Virus record (IMG/VR): IMGVR_UViG_2974610597_000001
DNA from: Escherichia virus ESCO5
Taxonomy: Duplodnaviria; Heunggongvirae; Uroviricota; Caudoviricetes
DNA length: 64,000 nt
Direction: 5' to 3' (one strand)
The notes under the pieces are model-generated. The model saw only the letters and a program-made list of their open reading frames with translations, searched no databases and was not told the DNA's origin. The number at the start of each line of letters is the position of its first letter. The stretch's first letter is position 1. A program made the position numbers and the translations under genes. Shown piece by piece: positions 10,991-20,461 of this stretch.

Positions 10991-10992
10991 CA

Positions 10993-11019
10993 GAAGCCCC
11001 GAAAGGGGCTTTCTTTTTA
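10993..11019 (+). terminator. Rho-independent terminator
   Basis: GC stem GAAGCCCC-GAAA-GGGGCTTC followed by TTTTTAT, right after stop of collagen-like fiber gene. Confidence 0.6.
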
Positions 11020-11031
11020 TGGAGGGTTTAA

Positions 11032-13704
11032 ATGTTTCCAATTCCAATATTTACTATTATGACCAGCACTGGTGTCGTTCCTCTGCCAGCAGGTATTGTT
11101 AAAAAAGTAATCACTCTAGATTACCCAGATAATGCTGGCAATTCTAATAGCAGTTTAGCAATTTTGCTTAATGATGGTAGATTGTTTACTCAAGGCGCAA
11201 ACCTTTTTGGTGAGATTGCAGATGGAACTCGTAGTGCACGATTCAATAATTTCCACTTAGCTTCTACTGTAGTAGCGGATGTGTTTACCGCAGATCGTTG
11301 TTTTGTTATTAAAACTAACAGTGGGGGATGGCAATATTCAGGATTGACAGCAGGGTTGGTAGGATCTATAGCAGCAGGTGGTACGGATGCATGTGTAACT
11401 ACTTGGACCAGCTTTCCATCTGTAATAACAGGGACTATCTCTTTAGCCAATCTTAAAGAGGTTAAGGGAGGATATAACAACACTCTCTGGTTGATGAATA
11501 GTGGTGTTCTTTATGGATCAGGTCAAAACACAGTAGGCAGTTTAGGTGCAAGTACTACTAACGAAGTTTCTACTCCTCGTCAGATAACAAGTGCAGCAGT
11601 TGCTTTTGATGCAGGTTACAACCAATGCTCTTATGTCAACAATGTGGGAACCTTGCGTGTTTGTGGGGCTAGTAAAGGTTTAGCAGGTAATAATAACACA
11701 ACAACAGCTTTTGTCAATGCCAAGATATCCGCTACTGAAACAGTGTATGTCAAAGATTACATCAATACAGTTTCCCAGACAATAGTTGTAGGAGATACCT
11801 CCGGTGGCACGGGTACAGTAAACTACTTATATGTTAGATCTAATACAGAAACAACCTACACTAAACTGGACACCTTTGCAGCAGGTTTCTCAACATGGAA
11901 ATTTCCACCAAGCCGCCACTCTTTTTTCGTTGGGATCAATAATTCCTTGTGGGCTATTGGTAAGAACTACACTGCAAACTTAGGTTTGGGGTATGATTCT
12001 GCGAGCGGAGATCCACTCCAAGTGGGAAAACCAGTTAAACCTGAAGGAGTGGGTTCCTGGGATATAAACAAGCTCACAAGCGTTCATACACTGAATATGG
12101 ATGTTACTAACCAATTAGGTTATCAAGGAACCTTTTTCGTTTATAATGGAGATATGTATTATTCAGGTATTTGGAAAGATGGGAAAGCCTCGTATCTGTT
12201 CAATAGTGGTCTAAACTATAATAAATTCACACCAATAGCAAGCTCCGTGATTACAGGGGATGTTCTGGCAACTGGCTTAACTACAGATTCTTTAGGAATT
12301 TGTATTGTAGGTGGAACTAAACAGTTGACACATTCTGTTAGCCCAGAAGGAGGTAAACTTTTCAATATTAAATACACTTCTTCTGCCCCTGCAAACATGA
12401 CAATATCATCTACTGGTTTAATGACTTTCCATGCAGAAGGTGGTTTTGATGCAGGTATGACAGCCTTAAACGCTGAAGGAACAATTTTATCAGATACCTC
12501 TGGAGGATATGCTTCAACATTGAGTGTTTACACCCCTAGCTTATCTGCGATGGATGTAGGAACAACACAAACAATGGTAGCAGAAATAACACCAACAGGA
12601 GCAGCAAGCTTACCTGATATGGTTGTTGAGTATACAACTACAGATCCTAATGTTGCTACAGTAGATCCTACAACTGGTGTAATAACTGGTGTTGGTGATG
12701 GTGGTTGTAGGATTGGTTGCACAGCTACGTATCAAGGTGTTGTTACCGCTTCTGATAGTTCTTATTTAACGGTGAATGCTGTTGCGGGAAAGGAGTTAGC
12801 TCCATCTCCGAGTAGTAGTTTAACGGTTCTAAACGGATATTTCAACCACTCGGCAGATGGGGCAATTACGTTCCCAACTTTATCGGGTACTGTTACACCA
12901 GCTAACTTTGTAGTTAAGGTGGATGACGTTGTAGTTCCTTCAAGTAAAGTAATATTTAGAAACAAAGCTTTCTCTACAGTGGATAGTTATCCAGCAGGAG
13001 AATATAGACTGGCTATTGAATTTGCAAGTGCTTCAGTAGTTAATAGTGTGGAAGTGTCTATGGAAGCAAACCCAAGTCTTTTAGAACTTTGGGGCGGTAA
13101 TAGAATCAGTTATTCTACAAGCCCAGCCTCACAATTCTTAAAAGGTTGTGCTAACTTAAGACGAATAACTTCTGATTGTTTTAGTAACACATCTTACACC
13201 GGAACATCTATAAGCGGTATCTTCTCTGGCTGCACAAGTTTGACAGCTATCCCTGAAGGATTATTCAGTGATGCTTTATTTCCTTCAATGACAACAATGT
13301 CAAGCACGTTTGAAGGTTGTACATCTTTAACATCTATTCCTTCAGATTTATTTAAGAATCTGTCAAAAGTTACAAGATATTCTTACACCTTTAAAGATTG
13401 CACCTCTCTTGCAGAAGTTCCAGCAGGAATGTTTGATAATATTCCAACGAAAGTGACCTCTTTAACAGCTACATTCCAAGGTTGTTTAGGACTTACAGAT
13501 TTTAATAAGATCTTTAATGACAACCCAGGGTTAACTGTTTGTGGTAAACGTGGAGCATTATCTTCTTTCTTTAGTGGATGCACAAATCTTACAGGAACAG
13601 GAACAACATTAACAAATACATTAGGCGGAGTAGCTAATAGTTACCTATTCAGGTATTGCACAAAACTTTCTGATTATAACAACATTCCTTCCGGTTATAA
13701 ATAA
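11032..13704 (+). CDS. Tail fiber/receptor-binding protein with Big_2-like Ig domain and C-terminal BspA-type leucine-rich repeats
   Basis: 890 aa; VATVDPTTGVITGVGDGGCRIGCTATYQG (Big_2-like); C-terminus has 5+ repeats of F-x-GC-T-S/N-L-T-x-I/V-P (FSGCTSLTAIPEGLF, FEGCTSLTSIPSDLF, FKDCTSLAEVPAGMF, FQGCLGLTDF, FSGCTNLTGT). Confidence 0.55.
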   Translation: MFPIPIFTIMTSTGVVPLPAGIVKKVITLDYPDNAGNSNSSLAILLNDGRLFTQGANLFGEIADGTRSARFNNFHLASTVVADVFTADRCFVIKTNSGGWQYSGLTAGLVGSIAAGGTDACVTTWTSFPSVITGTISLANLKEVKGGYNNTLWLMNSGVLYGSGQNTVGSLGASTTNEVSTPRQITSAAVAFDAGYNQCSYVNNVGTLRVCGASKGLAGNNNTTTAFVNAKISATETVYVKDYINTVSQTIVVGDTSGGTGTVNYLYVRSNTETTYTKLDTFAAGFSTWKFPPSRHSFFVGINNSLWAIGKNYTANLGLGYDSASGDPLQVGKPVKPEGVGSWDINKLTSVHTLNMDVTNQLGYQGTFFVYNGDMYYSGIWKDGKASYLFNSGLNYNKFTPIASSVITGDVLATGLTTDSLGICIVGGTKQLTHSVSPEGGKLFNIKYTSSAPANMTISSTGLMTFHAEGGFDAGMTALNAEGTILSDTSGGYASTLSVYTPSLSAMDVGTTQTMVAEITPTGAASLPDMVVEYTTTDPNVATVDPTTGVITGVGDGGCRIGCTATYQGVVTASDSSYLTVNAVAGKELAPSPSSSLTVLNGYFNHSADGAITFPTLSGTVTPANFVVKVDDVVVPSSKVIFRNKAFSTVDSYPAGEYRLAIEFASASVVNSVEVSMEANPSLLELWGGNRISYSTSPASQFLKGCANLRRITSDCFSNTSYTGTSISGIFSGCTSLTAIPEGLFSDALFPSMTTMSSTFEGCTSLTSIPSDLFKNLSKVTRYSYTFKDCTSLAEVPAGMFDNIPTKVTSLTATFQGCLGLTDFNKIFNDNPGLTVCGKRGALSSFFSGCTNLTGTGTTLTNTLGGVANSYLFRYCTKLSDYNNIPSGYK

Positions 13705-13706
13705 GA

Positions 13707-13734
13707 AAAGGAGCCATTTGGCTCCTTTCTTTTA
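13707..13734. terminator. Bidirectional Rho-independent terminator between convergent structural (+) and replication (-) blocks
   Basis: Hairpin AAAGGAGCC-ATTT-GGCTCCTTT flanked by A-run upstream and T-run downstream. Confidence 0.55.
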
Positions 13735-13760
13735 TAAAAACTCTTTATAAATCAATAAGA

Positions 13761-14648
13761 TCAGAACGGAATATCATCATCGAAGTCCATCGGAGGTTCT
13801 TCTTGATTACTTGGAGTTGGTTCTGGTTGTGGTTCAGGCTTTTTAACTTCTTTCTTCTCTTCTTTCTTAGGTTGTTCTGCGGAACCACGAATGGCAGCAG
13901 CAACTTTATCAGACAGAGCCAGAACTTTACGAGCAGAATCAATCAGATCTTCTACAGATACAGTCTTAATGGTATGGTCTTTACAAGCATTAAGGATAGC
14001 GTGACCAACAGATGCCCCAAGATCATAATCATTAATATCAACGCCACGAGATTCAGCAATTTCAGATTTCAGCGTGACAGTTGCAGATTGAACAACCCCA
14101 GCGATATCGAAAGCATCGCCTTTAACACCATTACGAATCAGTTCCAGTGCACCATTTACTGCGTGACCAGTTTCCAGACCTACAGTATCACGTTTTTTAT
14201 AGGACTGTTTAGGAGCAGCATCGTTGGAACCTTTATTGCCAGAAGATTTGTTAGACTTCTGAACACCATCGGTAGACAATACTGTAATACGAGATTTTTT
14301 AGTATTGTAGTAAGTTTTACCGCCTTTATTATCAACGCGATCAATATCAATACTTACTTCTACACCTTTTTCAATAGTGATCCAGTTATCACCTTCTTTG
14401 ACTTGCAGGTTTTCATAACCTTCTTTCAGTTCAATGTCACCAAGAGAAATCCAAACACCTTTCTCCTCTGGTTTAGCACCTTTCTCTTTCAGAACAAGAG
14501 AAGCTCGGTGAGTTGAAACAATCGTTTTTCCTTCCCAATGAAAAGTTTTAGGTTCAGCGAATTTATCCAGTTTAACGTAGTCTACGATACCAGTTGCATA
14601 AGTTACGGTTTTGCCTTTACGATCAGTTTCAGTATTAATTACGGACAT
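13761..14648 (-). CDS. ssb: Single-stranded DNA-binding protein
   Basis: 295 aa; Gly/Ser/Lys-rich linker and acidic C-terminal tail ending MDFDDDIPF, the canonical SSB partner-binding tail. Confidence 0.6.
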   Translation of the reverse strand: MSVINTETDRKGKTVTYATGIVDYVKLDKFAEPKTFHWEGKTIVSTHRASLVLKEKGAKPEEKGVWISLGDIELKEGYENLQVKEGDNWITIEKGVEVSIDIDRVDNKGGKTYYNTKKSRITVLSTDGVQKSNKSSGNKGSNDAAPKQSYKKRDTVGLETGHAVNGALELIRNGVKGDAFDIAGVVQSATVTLKSEIAESRGVDINDYDLGASVGHAILNACKDHTIKTVSVEDLIDSARKVLALSDKVAAAIRGSAEQPKKEEKKEVKKPEPQPEPTPSNQEEPPMDFDDDIPF

Positions 14649-14664
14649 TATTATCTCCTCTATA

Positions 14665-15057
14665 TTACATTAATTTTGCACAGAAAGAGCGGAGTCTTTC
14701 CATATCATCTTGCTCTAACAGGTATTTACCTTTACCTATTCCAACTCCAATTTCACCGTTAGGGAAATGAACTATTTGCACTGGAAAACCTCCGAGTTTA
14801 ATTGTGGCAGCTTTGCCTTCTTCGTCTATAACGTTTCGGATTGTATCTTGCAGTGAAATGAATTCTTTGTTTGTAACAGTGGCTTCAATTATTTCAGAGG
14901 TTTCAACACGAGCCGTTAGCTTCTTGTCTCCACCTTGAATAATCAAAATTTGAAAATAAAAAGAGTTGTCAAGACCTACAACATTTTTCTCAACTAGTGT
15001 CAAACTGGTATAATTTCCATAAACAGTTTCAACAGCTATTTTAGAACGTTCAGTCAT
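14665..15057 (-). CDS. Hypothetical protein
   Basis: 130-aa ORF downstream of nucleotidyltransferase-like gene, same strand. Confidence 0.35.
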   Translation of the reverse strand: MTERSKIAVETVYGNYTSLTLVEKNVVGLDNSFYFQILIIQGGDKKLTARVETSEIIEATVTNKEFISLQDTIRNVIDEEGKAATIKLGGFPVQIVHFPNGEIGVGIGKGKYLLEQDDMERLRSFCAKLM

Positions 15058-15102
15058 TGAATGCTATCCTATCATAAAATGTTTAATATTGTCAAGCTTT
15101 AA

Positions 15103-15696
15103 TTACCAAGGAATATCTTCTTCTTCCAATTTGGTATCTACTTGAGGTGGACGTGGAACCTTAACCTCTTTAACAAAACGAAGATATGGAAAACGTGTAG
15201 CGATTTTAATAACATGTTTGGCATCTTCTCTAACATCTTTGTGCAAGAAGCAGATCCCTGTTTCCAAAGTTGTTTCAAAATCTTTAGAGTAATAACAATC
15301 CTTTCCATCAAATGCAGCCTGGCAGATGGACAGATCAAACTCATTCAGAAAGGTTGTCATTACATTTGGGTCCATAATCATAAGGTTGCAAAGCTGACCG
15401 TCACGTTCAAATTCAAAAACGTGTTTAAGACCAGTAACACCCTCGTAGTTATCAGAAGCCTCTTTGTTTCCTAGCTTACGAACATTAGTTCCCATTAAAG
15501 CAGATGCAATTAGTTCTTGTATTTGCTCTTCTGATCGATGTGCAGGAAGTGACGTATAGAAATCCAGATCACGTCCAGCAATATCAAGAATACGCCAATC
15601 ACGAACAGCACCGCCAGCCAAGACAGAATTAGGATCAGCGATCTTTAAGACAGTAAGAATTTCTTTGGCAATGTTGATTTGTTTTGATTTAGTCAT
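15103..15696 (-). CDS. Minimal nucleotidyltransferase-fold protein (Pol-beta superfamily, CCA-enzyme-like head motif)
   Basis: 197 aa; GGAVRDW ... DLDFYT matches the GG(A/S)VRD + DxD head motif of tRNA nucleotidyltransferase/polyA polymerase family; acidic C-terminal tail EEEDIPW resembles the SSB tail. Confidence 0.5.
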   Translation of the reverse strand: MTKSKQINIAKEILTVLKIADPNSVLAGGAVRDWRILDIAGRDLDFYTSLPAHRSEEQIQELIASALMGTNVRKLGNKEASDNYEGVTGLKHVFEFERDGQLCNLMIMDPNVMTTFLNEFDLSICQAAFDGKDCYYSKDFETTLETGICFLHKDVREDAKHVIKIATRFPYLRFVKEVKVPRPPQVDTKLEEEDIPW

Positions 15697-15907
15697 TGAT
15701 ACGCTCCACAGTTACTTTAACAATATCGTCCATATTAATCTCATCTCCCAAGACTTCAATAACACCTTCCTCATAAAGTCGAGCACATTCTTCCCATACT
15801 TCTGCTTCCGTCATTCCACCTTCAATCTTATTTGCAAGACCTTTAATAACATCTTCATTTTGTTCATCAATAAGAATTGAAACATTAAAGCTCACTAGTT
15901 TACGCAT
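15689..15907 (-). CDS. Small acidic hypothetical protein
   Basis: 72-aa ORF, start/stop overlaps with neighbours. Confidence 0.3.
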   Translation of the reverse strand: MRKLVSFNVSILIDEQNEDVIKGLANKIEGGMTEAEVWEECARLYEEGVIEVLGDEINMDDIVKVTVERIND

Positions 15908-16084
15908 TGTTTTCTCCTTATACCTCTAAACGGAAAGTTTCTTTAGATACAAAATCGTATCCACCTTTTTCAAGCCAGTCATTGTAAACCTCATCAGCTT
16001 GAGACTCTATCATAAAATACCGAGTGGTAATTTCGTCTCCGACAATACGCACAATTTTATAGCAAATCATGATACCATTTCCCA

Positions 16085-16276
16085 TTAATCTTCCTCCAGA
16101 TCAATTTCATTATAGCAATGTATGCAGTAGCCATCGTTGTGCATATGTTGTTCATAAGACATATCTTTACCACAAGACCAACAACGAATATCGCCATCGT
16201 CCCATTCACGTTCTTCTTCGCCTTCAAATGCATCTGGTAGGTAAGGCATACCAAGACAATCTAAATCGTAATGCAT
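16085..16276 (-). CDS. Small zinc-ribbon protein
   Basis: Start refined to ATG at 16276 (AGGAGG 6 nt upstream; the longer ORF 16085..16360 would run through the upstream hairpin); CWSCG ... CIHC pattern. Confidence 0.35.
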   Translation of the reverse strand: MHYDLDCLGMPYLPDAFEGEEEREWDDGDIRCWSCGKDMSYEQHMHNDGYCIHCYNEIDLEED

Positions 16277-16283
16277 ATCTCCT

Positions 16284-16308
16284 CCTATAAAGGGGCAGAA
16301 GCCCCTTA
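16284..16308 (-). terminator. Stem-loop/weak terminator downstream of DNA polymerase gene
   Basis: AAGGGGC-TTCT-GCCCCTT hairpin followed by short T tract on minus strand. Confidence 0.35.
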
Positions 16309-16325
16309 TAAAACAATATGTTAGA

Positions 16326-19300
16326 TCAATGACAGGATGCCCAGGAATTACCCACGTCATATCCGGCAGTAAGCTGAACGTTAAGATTGTAAAATTCTCC
16401 AGCCTTAGTAACAGCTAAAGCAGCAAGTTCACCTGCCCGACTATAAGCTGTAAACCATCCACCTTTGGGAGATTCATGAATGTTAGCCCAAATTTGCCCT
16501 GTCTCTTTTTCCTTATTATGCTTCCATTCTTCAACTTTAGCAAGGCATTCTTTATCAATTTTCTTTTGTTCTTCAGGATCGTCTACTTTCTTCCAACCTA
16601 ATGATTCAGGTGAAAACCATTTGAATTCTACAAGGTTACGAGAAACTTCAAGCTGGGCTTCATCGTGGTATGCAATCATTTGTTGCACGAAGTCTTTATT
16701 CTTCCAGTCATCTTTAAAGAAGTCAACACTTAGTCCTTCTTCTTCGATCATATCGTCATAAATAACCATTGCACGTTTAGCACAGATAACCCCACCACTT
16801 TGGAACAGAGAGTTAAGAATCGCGTGAGCAGAACGAGTAGGAACCTTACGACCGTCAATACCCAAAACATACTGTTTACCAGTCTTAACCCAGAAATCGT
16901 TTAAACGTTCTTTAAGACGCGCCAGTGGGAATGCAGCTTCCCAGAAAGCATCGAACACCAGTTGCCCTGTAAACTTATCGCTACCAATTGTTTTAGCAAC
17001 CTTGTCGGCTTGTGCACCATAGGTAATACCATACTTAACAGATTTAGCAGGACTACGTTCAAATTTACGTCCAATAGTTTCAGTGATACGTTTTGCCATC
17101 ATGGTATGAACATCGTTAGGCTTCTCTAACAAGAGAGCGTTACAGTATTCATGAGGCTCCGGTTCGTAGCGCCAACAGTTTCCTGTGATGGTAATGCAGT
17201 CTTTCTGACGCATGACCCACGTACCAAGTTCTGTTTGTGGACACCAAACATCCTCTACACCCCACTCTTCAATAGTCAAACTTTGAACAGGAATGTGAGA
17301 GCGGTTAGCCAATGTTACCACTTTTACTTTCTGCTCTTTTGTATTGAAAGCTACAGAGATATTGCCTCCATGCACCAGGTACGAGGCAGTTAAAGCTGCT
17401 TCAAAAAGTTCACCTGGGTTCTGCGCCCAACGCCAAACAGGTTTTTGTTTATGTTCATGCCAGTAACCATCTGCAATCAAGAAACCTTCCAAGAAAGCTA
17501 CACGCTCGGCATGAGACATATTAACTACACGCTCTACCCACGGAACATCCCATTTACCTTGTTGAACAGAAGTTAAACTATTTACCTGATCTTGTTCCAT
17601 GTTAAATGGAGCATTACAAATAATATTATCTCCTGTGCAAAGCTCGGCAGTTGTTCTGACTTTAGGCACATAAGTATTCCCTTTACTACGGGTATTAACA
17701 TACCAACGGTGATCTGCTGTTGCACGGTAAGTGTGTGATTTCCCTTTAATCTCAAACGTCTTACTATTTTTATAGAAGACCTTACCTTTTACTTTAGTCC
17801 ATTCTTTCAGACCTGTTTCAGCATTGTACCCTAAAATCTCATCCCCTTCCTTCAGGTCGTGATATCCTACCCAACCTTTACGAGTCAAAGCTTGAGCATC
17901 CATCGGCACACAGTAATGCGACTCAATCTTTGCTTCCAAAGAGTCGAAGTCATAACCGATCTGGAAATATTTAGGAACTTCTACACCAAACAAGTTACGC
18001 ATCTCCCATCCAAACAAAGATGTGACACGAGGGATATTGGCTACAGACCTATGCTTCATACGAGAGGTTGCAGCATCACATGTAGCGGCTGGGGTAGGAA
18101 TACGCCCATCTGCCCTTACTGCGGCTAAGAAACCTTTATCGTATTCTTGATCTTCTTCATCTTCTTCCCAATCAGCACCGCCACCTAAAATAGAGTTCCT
18201 ACGATGCTTATACGTTAAGTATTCTACAATCTGAGTAGCATAAGGAAATTTCTCACCCAAAGCTTGCAGGTTAGGACAGATTTCTTTTTCCTGACCTTTG
18301 GTAAAACATGGGTTAGTCAATACTTTAAGACCGCGACCTTTACCTTTTGCTATACGCTCTTGAATCTTCCTTTCCAAGGTTTCCGGTGCGCACTCCAGAT
18401 GATCACAACGGTCCTGACAAAAATTAGAAGATAAAGTTTGCTCAACGTAAGCTCGAATACCTTTCTGAAGTTCTTCCTCACTCTTTTTAATCTTGGTGCC
18501 AGATTTAAGAGTCAAATCTTTATCTTTATATTCCGATGGTACCCAACCTAATCCTACAAGCCAGTTTTTAATATGGGTTGTATCGTTCAATGTCGCAGGG
18601 ATGTTAGGATCACACAGAGGCTCATCTGCTGCAACTGGCAGTTTCCACTCTTTCCCCAACATAACTAACCACCAATCGCCATCCCTCTCTTCCAAATGAC
18701 CATCATGTTTTTTAGCAAAATTGATCATATGGTTAGTTGGTTCGAGGTTCTTTTTAATTTGCAATTTAGGCGGAATAAAAGCTTTAAGATAACCTTTTGT
18801 TGCTGGTTTAGGTGGCAAAATAGGCTCAACGAGTAAACGAAGACGCTCCATTTCTGCATCCAAAAAAGCAAGGTTCTCTTCTGCTTGCTTCATATTAAAA
18901 GCAAACCCACGGTGTTCCTGGCGCGTGATAATGTCTGCTACACGTTGTTCAAGTTCAAATGGACCTTCCCATTTATCATAATCACCCCATTCTTCCATAA
19001 GGTAGTTATATACGCTCGTATTGGCTTTGTTGTCATAGATACAGTAATAAAGCATATCCGCAGCAAAAGTCTTAAATCGATCTTCTTCTGGAATCTCTTT
19101 ACGGAAATCTATTTTTACATCACCACCTGCTTTTCGAGAAAGTGCTGCCAAGCTATGTCCTGATTTGCCCTCAATCTTTCGATCTGGGTTTAACACTTTA
19201 CTCAAAATCAAGGAGTCAATAAGTTTTACCTTATTTTTGCCCCACGTATTATATTTAACACTGTAATCTAATCCATAAAACAGTTTTGTAGCCAACCAGT

Positions 19301-19658
19301 CGTAGTTGATACCGTTGTGAGCCACAGCCATTTCAACCAGATATTCAGGCTTGTCTTTAAAATAACCTTCATGATTAATAAAGTCTGGGAAATCTTTTAG
19401 TTGAAAATGCGTGTAATCTTGCGCCACATACTCTTTAAGAACATATGTATATTTACCATCTGACTCTTCATAAGGACGCCCATCAAAGATGTATTTAGGG
19501 CCATCGTGGAAAGCTACTATTTCTCCTGTTTCATGGTTCTCTAAGACAATACAGTGCATTTGAAATGTGTCTTTGAGACGATAAGGACTAGCTAAATAAT
19601 CAATAGTGTCATTATTCAACAATCCGTTTGCTTCAATATCCCATGTAAACTTACTCAC
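16326..19658 (-). CDS. Family A DNA polymerase with 3'-5' exonuclease domain, interrupted by an intein
   Basis: 1110 aa; exo motif WDIEANGL; pol motif A IGYDFDSLEAKI; motif B RSPAKSVKYGITYG; motif C AYHDE; about 245-aa insertion between motifs A and B. Confidence 0.85.
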   Translation of the reverse strand: MSKFTWDIEANGLLNNDTIDYLASPYRLKDTFQMHCIVLENHETGEIVAFHDGPKYIFDGRPYEESDGKYTYVLKEYVAQDYTHFQLKDFPDFINHEGYFKDKPEYLVEMAVAHNGINYDWLATKLFYGLDYSVKYNTWGKNKVKLIDSLILSKVLNPDRKIEGKSGHSLAALSRKAGGDVKIDFRKEIPEEDRFKTFAADMLYYCIYDNKANTSVYNYLMEEWGDYDKWEGPFELEQRVADIITRQEHRGFAFNMKQAEENLAFLDAEMERLRLLVEPILPPKPATKGYLKAFIPPKLQIKKNLEPTNHMINFAKKHDGHLEERDGDWWLVMLGKEWKLPVAADEPLCDPNIPATLNDTTHIKNWLVGLGWVPSEYKDKDLTLKSGTKIKKSEEELQKGIRAYVEQTLSSNFCQDRCDHLECAPETLERKIQERIAKGKGRGLKVLTNPCFTKGQEKEICPNLQALGEKFPYATQIVEYLTYKHRRNSILGGGADWEEDEEDQEYDKGFLAAVRADGRIPTPAATCDAATSRMKHRSVANIPRVTSLFGWEMRNLFGVEVPKYFQIGYDFDSLEAKIESHYCVPMDAQALTRKGWVGYHDLKEGDEILGYNAETGLKEWTKVKGKVFYKNSKTFEIKGKSHTYRATADHRWYVNTRSKGNTYVPKVRTTAELCTGDNIICNAPFNMEQDQVNSLTSVQQGKWDVPWVERVVNMSHAERVAFLEGFLIADGYWHEHKQKPVWRWAQNPGELFEAALTASYLVHGGNISVAFNTKEQKVKVVTLANRSHIPVQSLTIEEWGVEDVWCPQTELGTWVMRQKDCITITGNCWRYEPEPHEYCNALLLEKPNDVHTMMAKRITETIGRKFERSPAKSVKYGITYGAQADKVAKTIGSDKFTGQLVFDAFWEAAFPLARLKERLNDFWVKTGKQYVLGIDGRKVPTRSAHAILNSLFQSGGVICAKRAMVIYDDMIEEEGLSVDFFKDDWKNKDFVQQMIAYHDEAQLEVSRNLVEFKWFSPESLGWKKVDDPEEQKKIDKECLAKVEEWKHNKEKETGQIWANIHESPKGGWFTAYSRAGELAALAVTKAGEFYNLNVQLTAGYDVGNSWASCH
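17178..17912 (-). mobile_element. Intein (Hint domain with LAGLIDADG homing-endonuclease motif) inside DNA polymerase
   Basis: Residues about 583-827 of the polymerase: starts Cys (CVPMDAQALT, block A), block B TADHRWY, LAGLIDADG-like LEGFLIADGY, ends ITGN followed by Cys; flanks ESHY / CWRYEPEPHEY..NDVH align to the contiguous T7-type motif A to motif B linker. Confidence 0.55.
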
Positions 19659-20452
19659 TATTCCTCCTTTCTAATGTTCTCCAGAACCCACTGAAGTTCT
19701 TTTAAACTTAAACTTCTTACTCCCGCAGTTTTACTAGCTTCAGCTTTAAGTAACGGGTAAGCCTCAATGATACGCGTTTTAAGATCAGAAGTCAAGGCTT
19801 TTAAAAAATAGGTAGATGCTTCAGATAAAGAATCTTCTTCTGATAACACTTTACCTGCACTTGCTCCCGCTCTCCTAACGGCTATATCGTAGTCTTTACT
19901 GTTACCTAATACGAATAGTCGATTCTCTCCTAAAACAACGGGAGAACGCTTCTCGTTGCGTTTAATCCATATCTGGAATACACAAGGAACATCCCAAGGT
20001 TCTCCATGAAGAATAAAAGATCCTTTTGGACATTCTTCTTCGTAAAGAAGATGCATGTGGGGATTTAGTTTGTGTGCAAAAAAGATTTTTTGAAATGTGC
20101 GAGGCAAGATAAAACAAATACCACCTTCGTTATCCAACATTTCAGCACAATGGTTAAAGAACTTAATGGCAAGACTAGCATTTTTTCCAAACGGAGGATT
20201 ACCGACAAAAGCAGTTACACTACCAACAGACTCAACAGATTGAGCTAAAAAATCTGCCTCAATACAATCTTCAAACTTAGGGTCAATATCAAAAGAAGTT
20301 ATGTTTTTAAAACAAGAAGAGAAAGCTCCTTCTCCCGCAGATGGTTCTACGTAGTTAGCTTCCTCTCCAAAAATTTCTTTGATCTTATCACATAAGAACC
20401 CCGCATAAGCGGGGTTAGTGTAATATTGATCAAGTGTGTTCAACTTGCTCAA
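19658..20452 (-). CDS. DNA N6-adenine (or N4-cytosine) methyltransferase
   Basis: 264 aa; SAM motif I VEPSAGEGAF and catalytic motif IV NPPF (D/N-P-P-Y/F). Confidence 0.6.
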   Translation of the reverse strand: MSKLNTLDQYYTNPAYAGFLCDKIKEIFGEEANYVEPSAGEGAFSSCFKNITSFDIDPKFEDCIEADFLAQSVESVGSVTAFVGNPPFGKNASLAIKFFNHCAEMLDNEGGICFILPRTFQKIFFAHKLNPHMHLLYEEECPKGSFILHGEPWDVPCVFQIWIKRNEKRSPVVLGENRLFVLGNSKDYDIAVRRAGASAGKVLSEEDSLSEASTYFLKALTSDLKTRIIEAYPLLKAEASKTAGVRSLSLKELQWVLENIRKEE

Positions 20453-20461
20453 TAGTCCTCC

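Noticed and set aside
13803-14516. 237-aa plus-strand ORF
   Set aside because: Lies entirely antisense to the SSB gene; low-complexity Phe/Leu-rich translation typical of a spurious ORF.
16326-19658. T4-like (family B) DNA polymerase identity suggested by nrdDG and PeSL-like cassettes
   Set aside because: Polymerase has family A motifs (DxSxxE motif A, R...K...YG motif B, HDE motif C) and the primase-helicase is a T7 gp4-type fusion.
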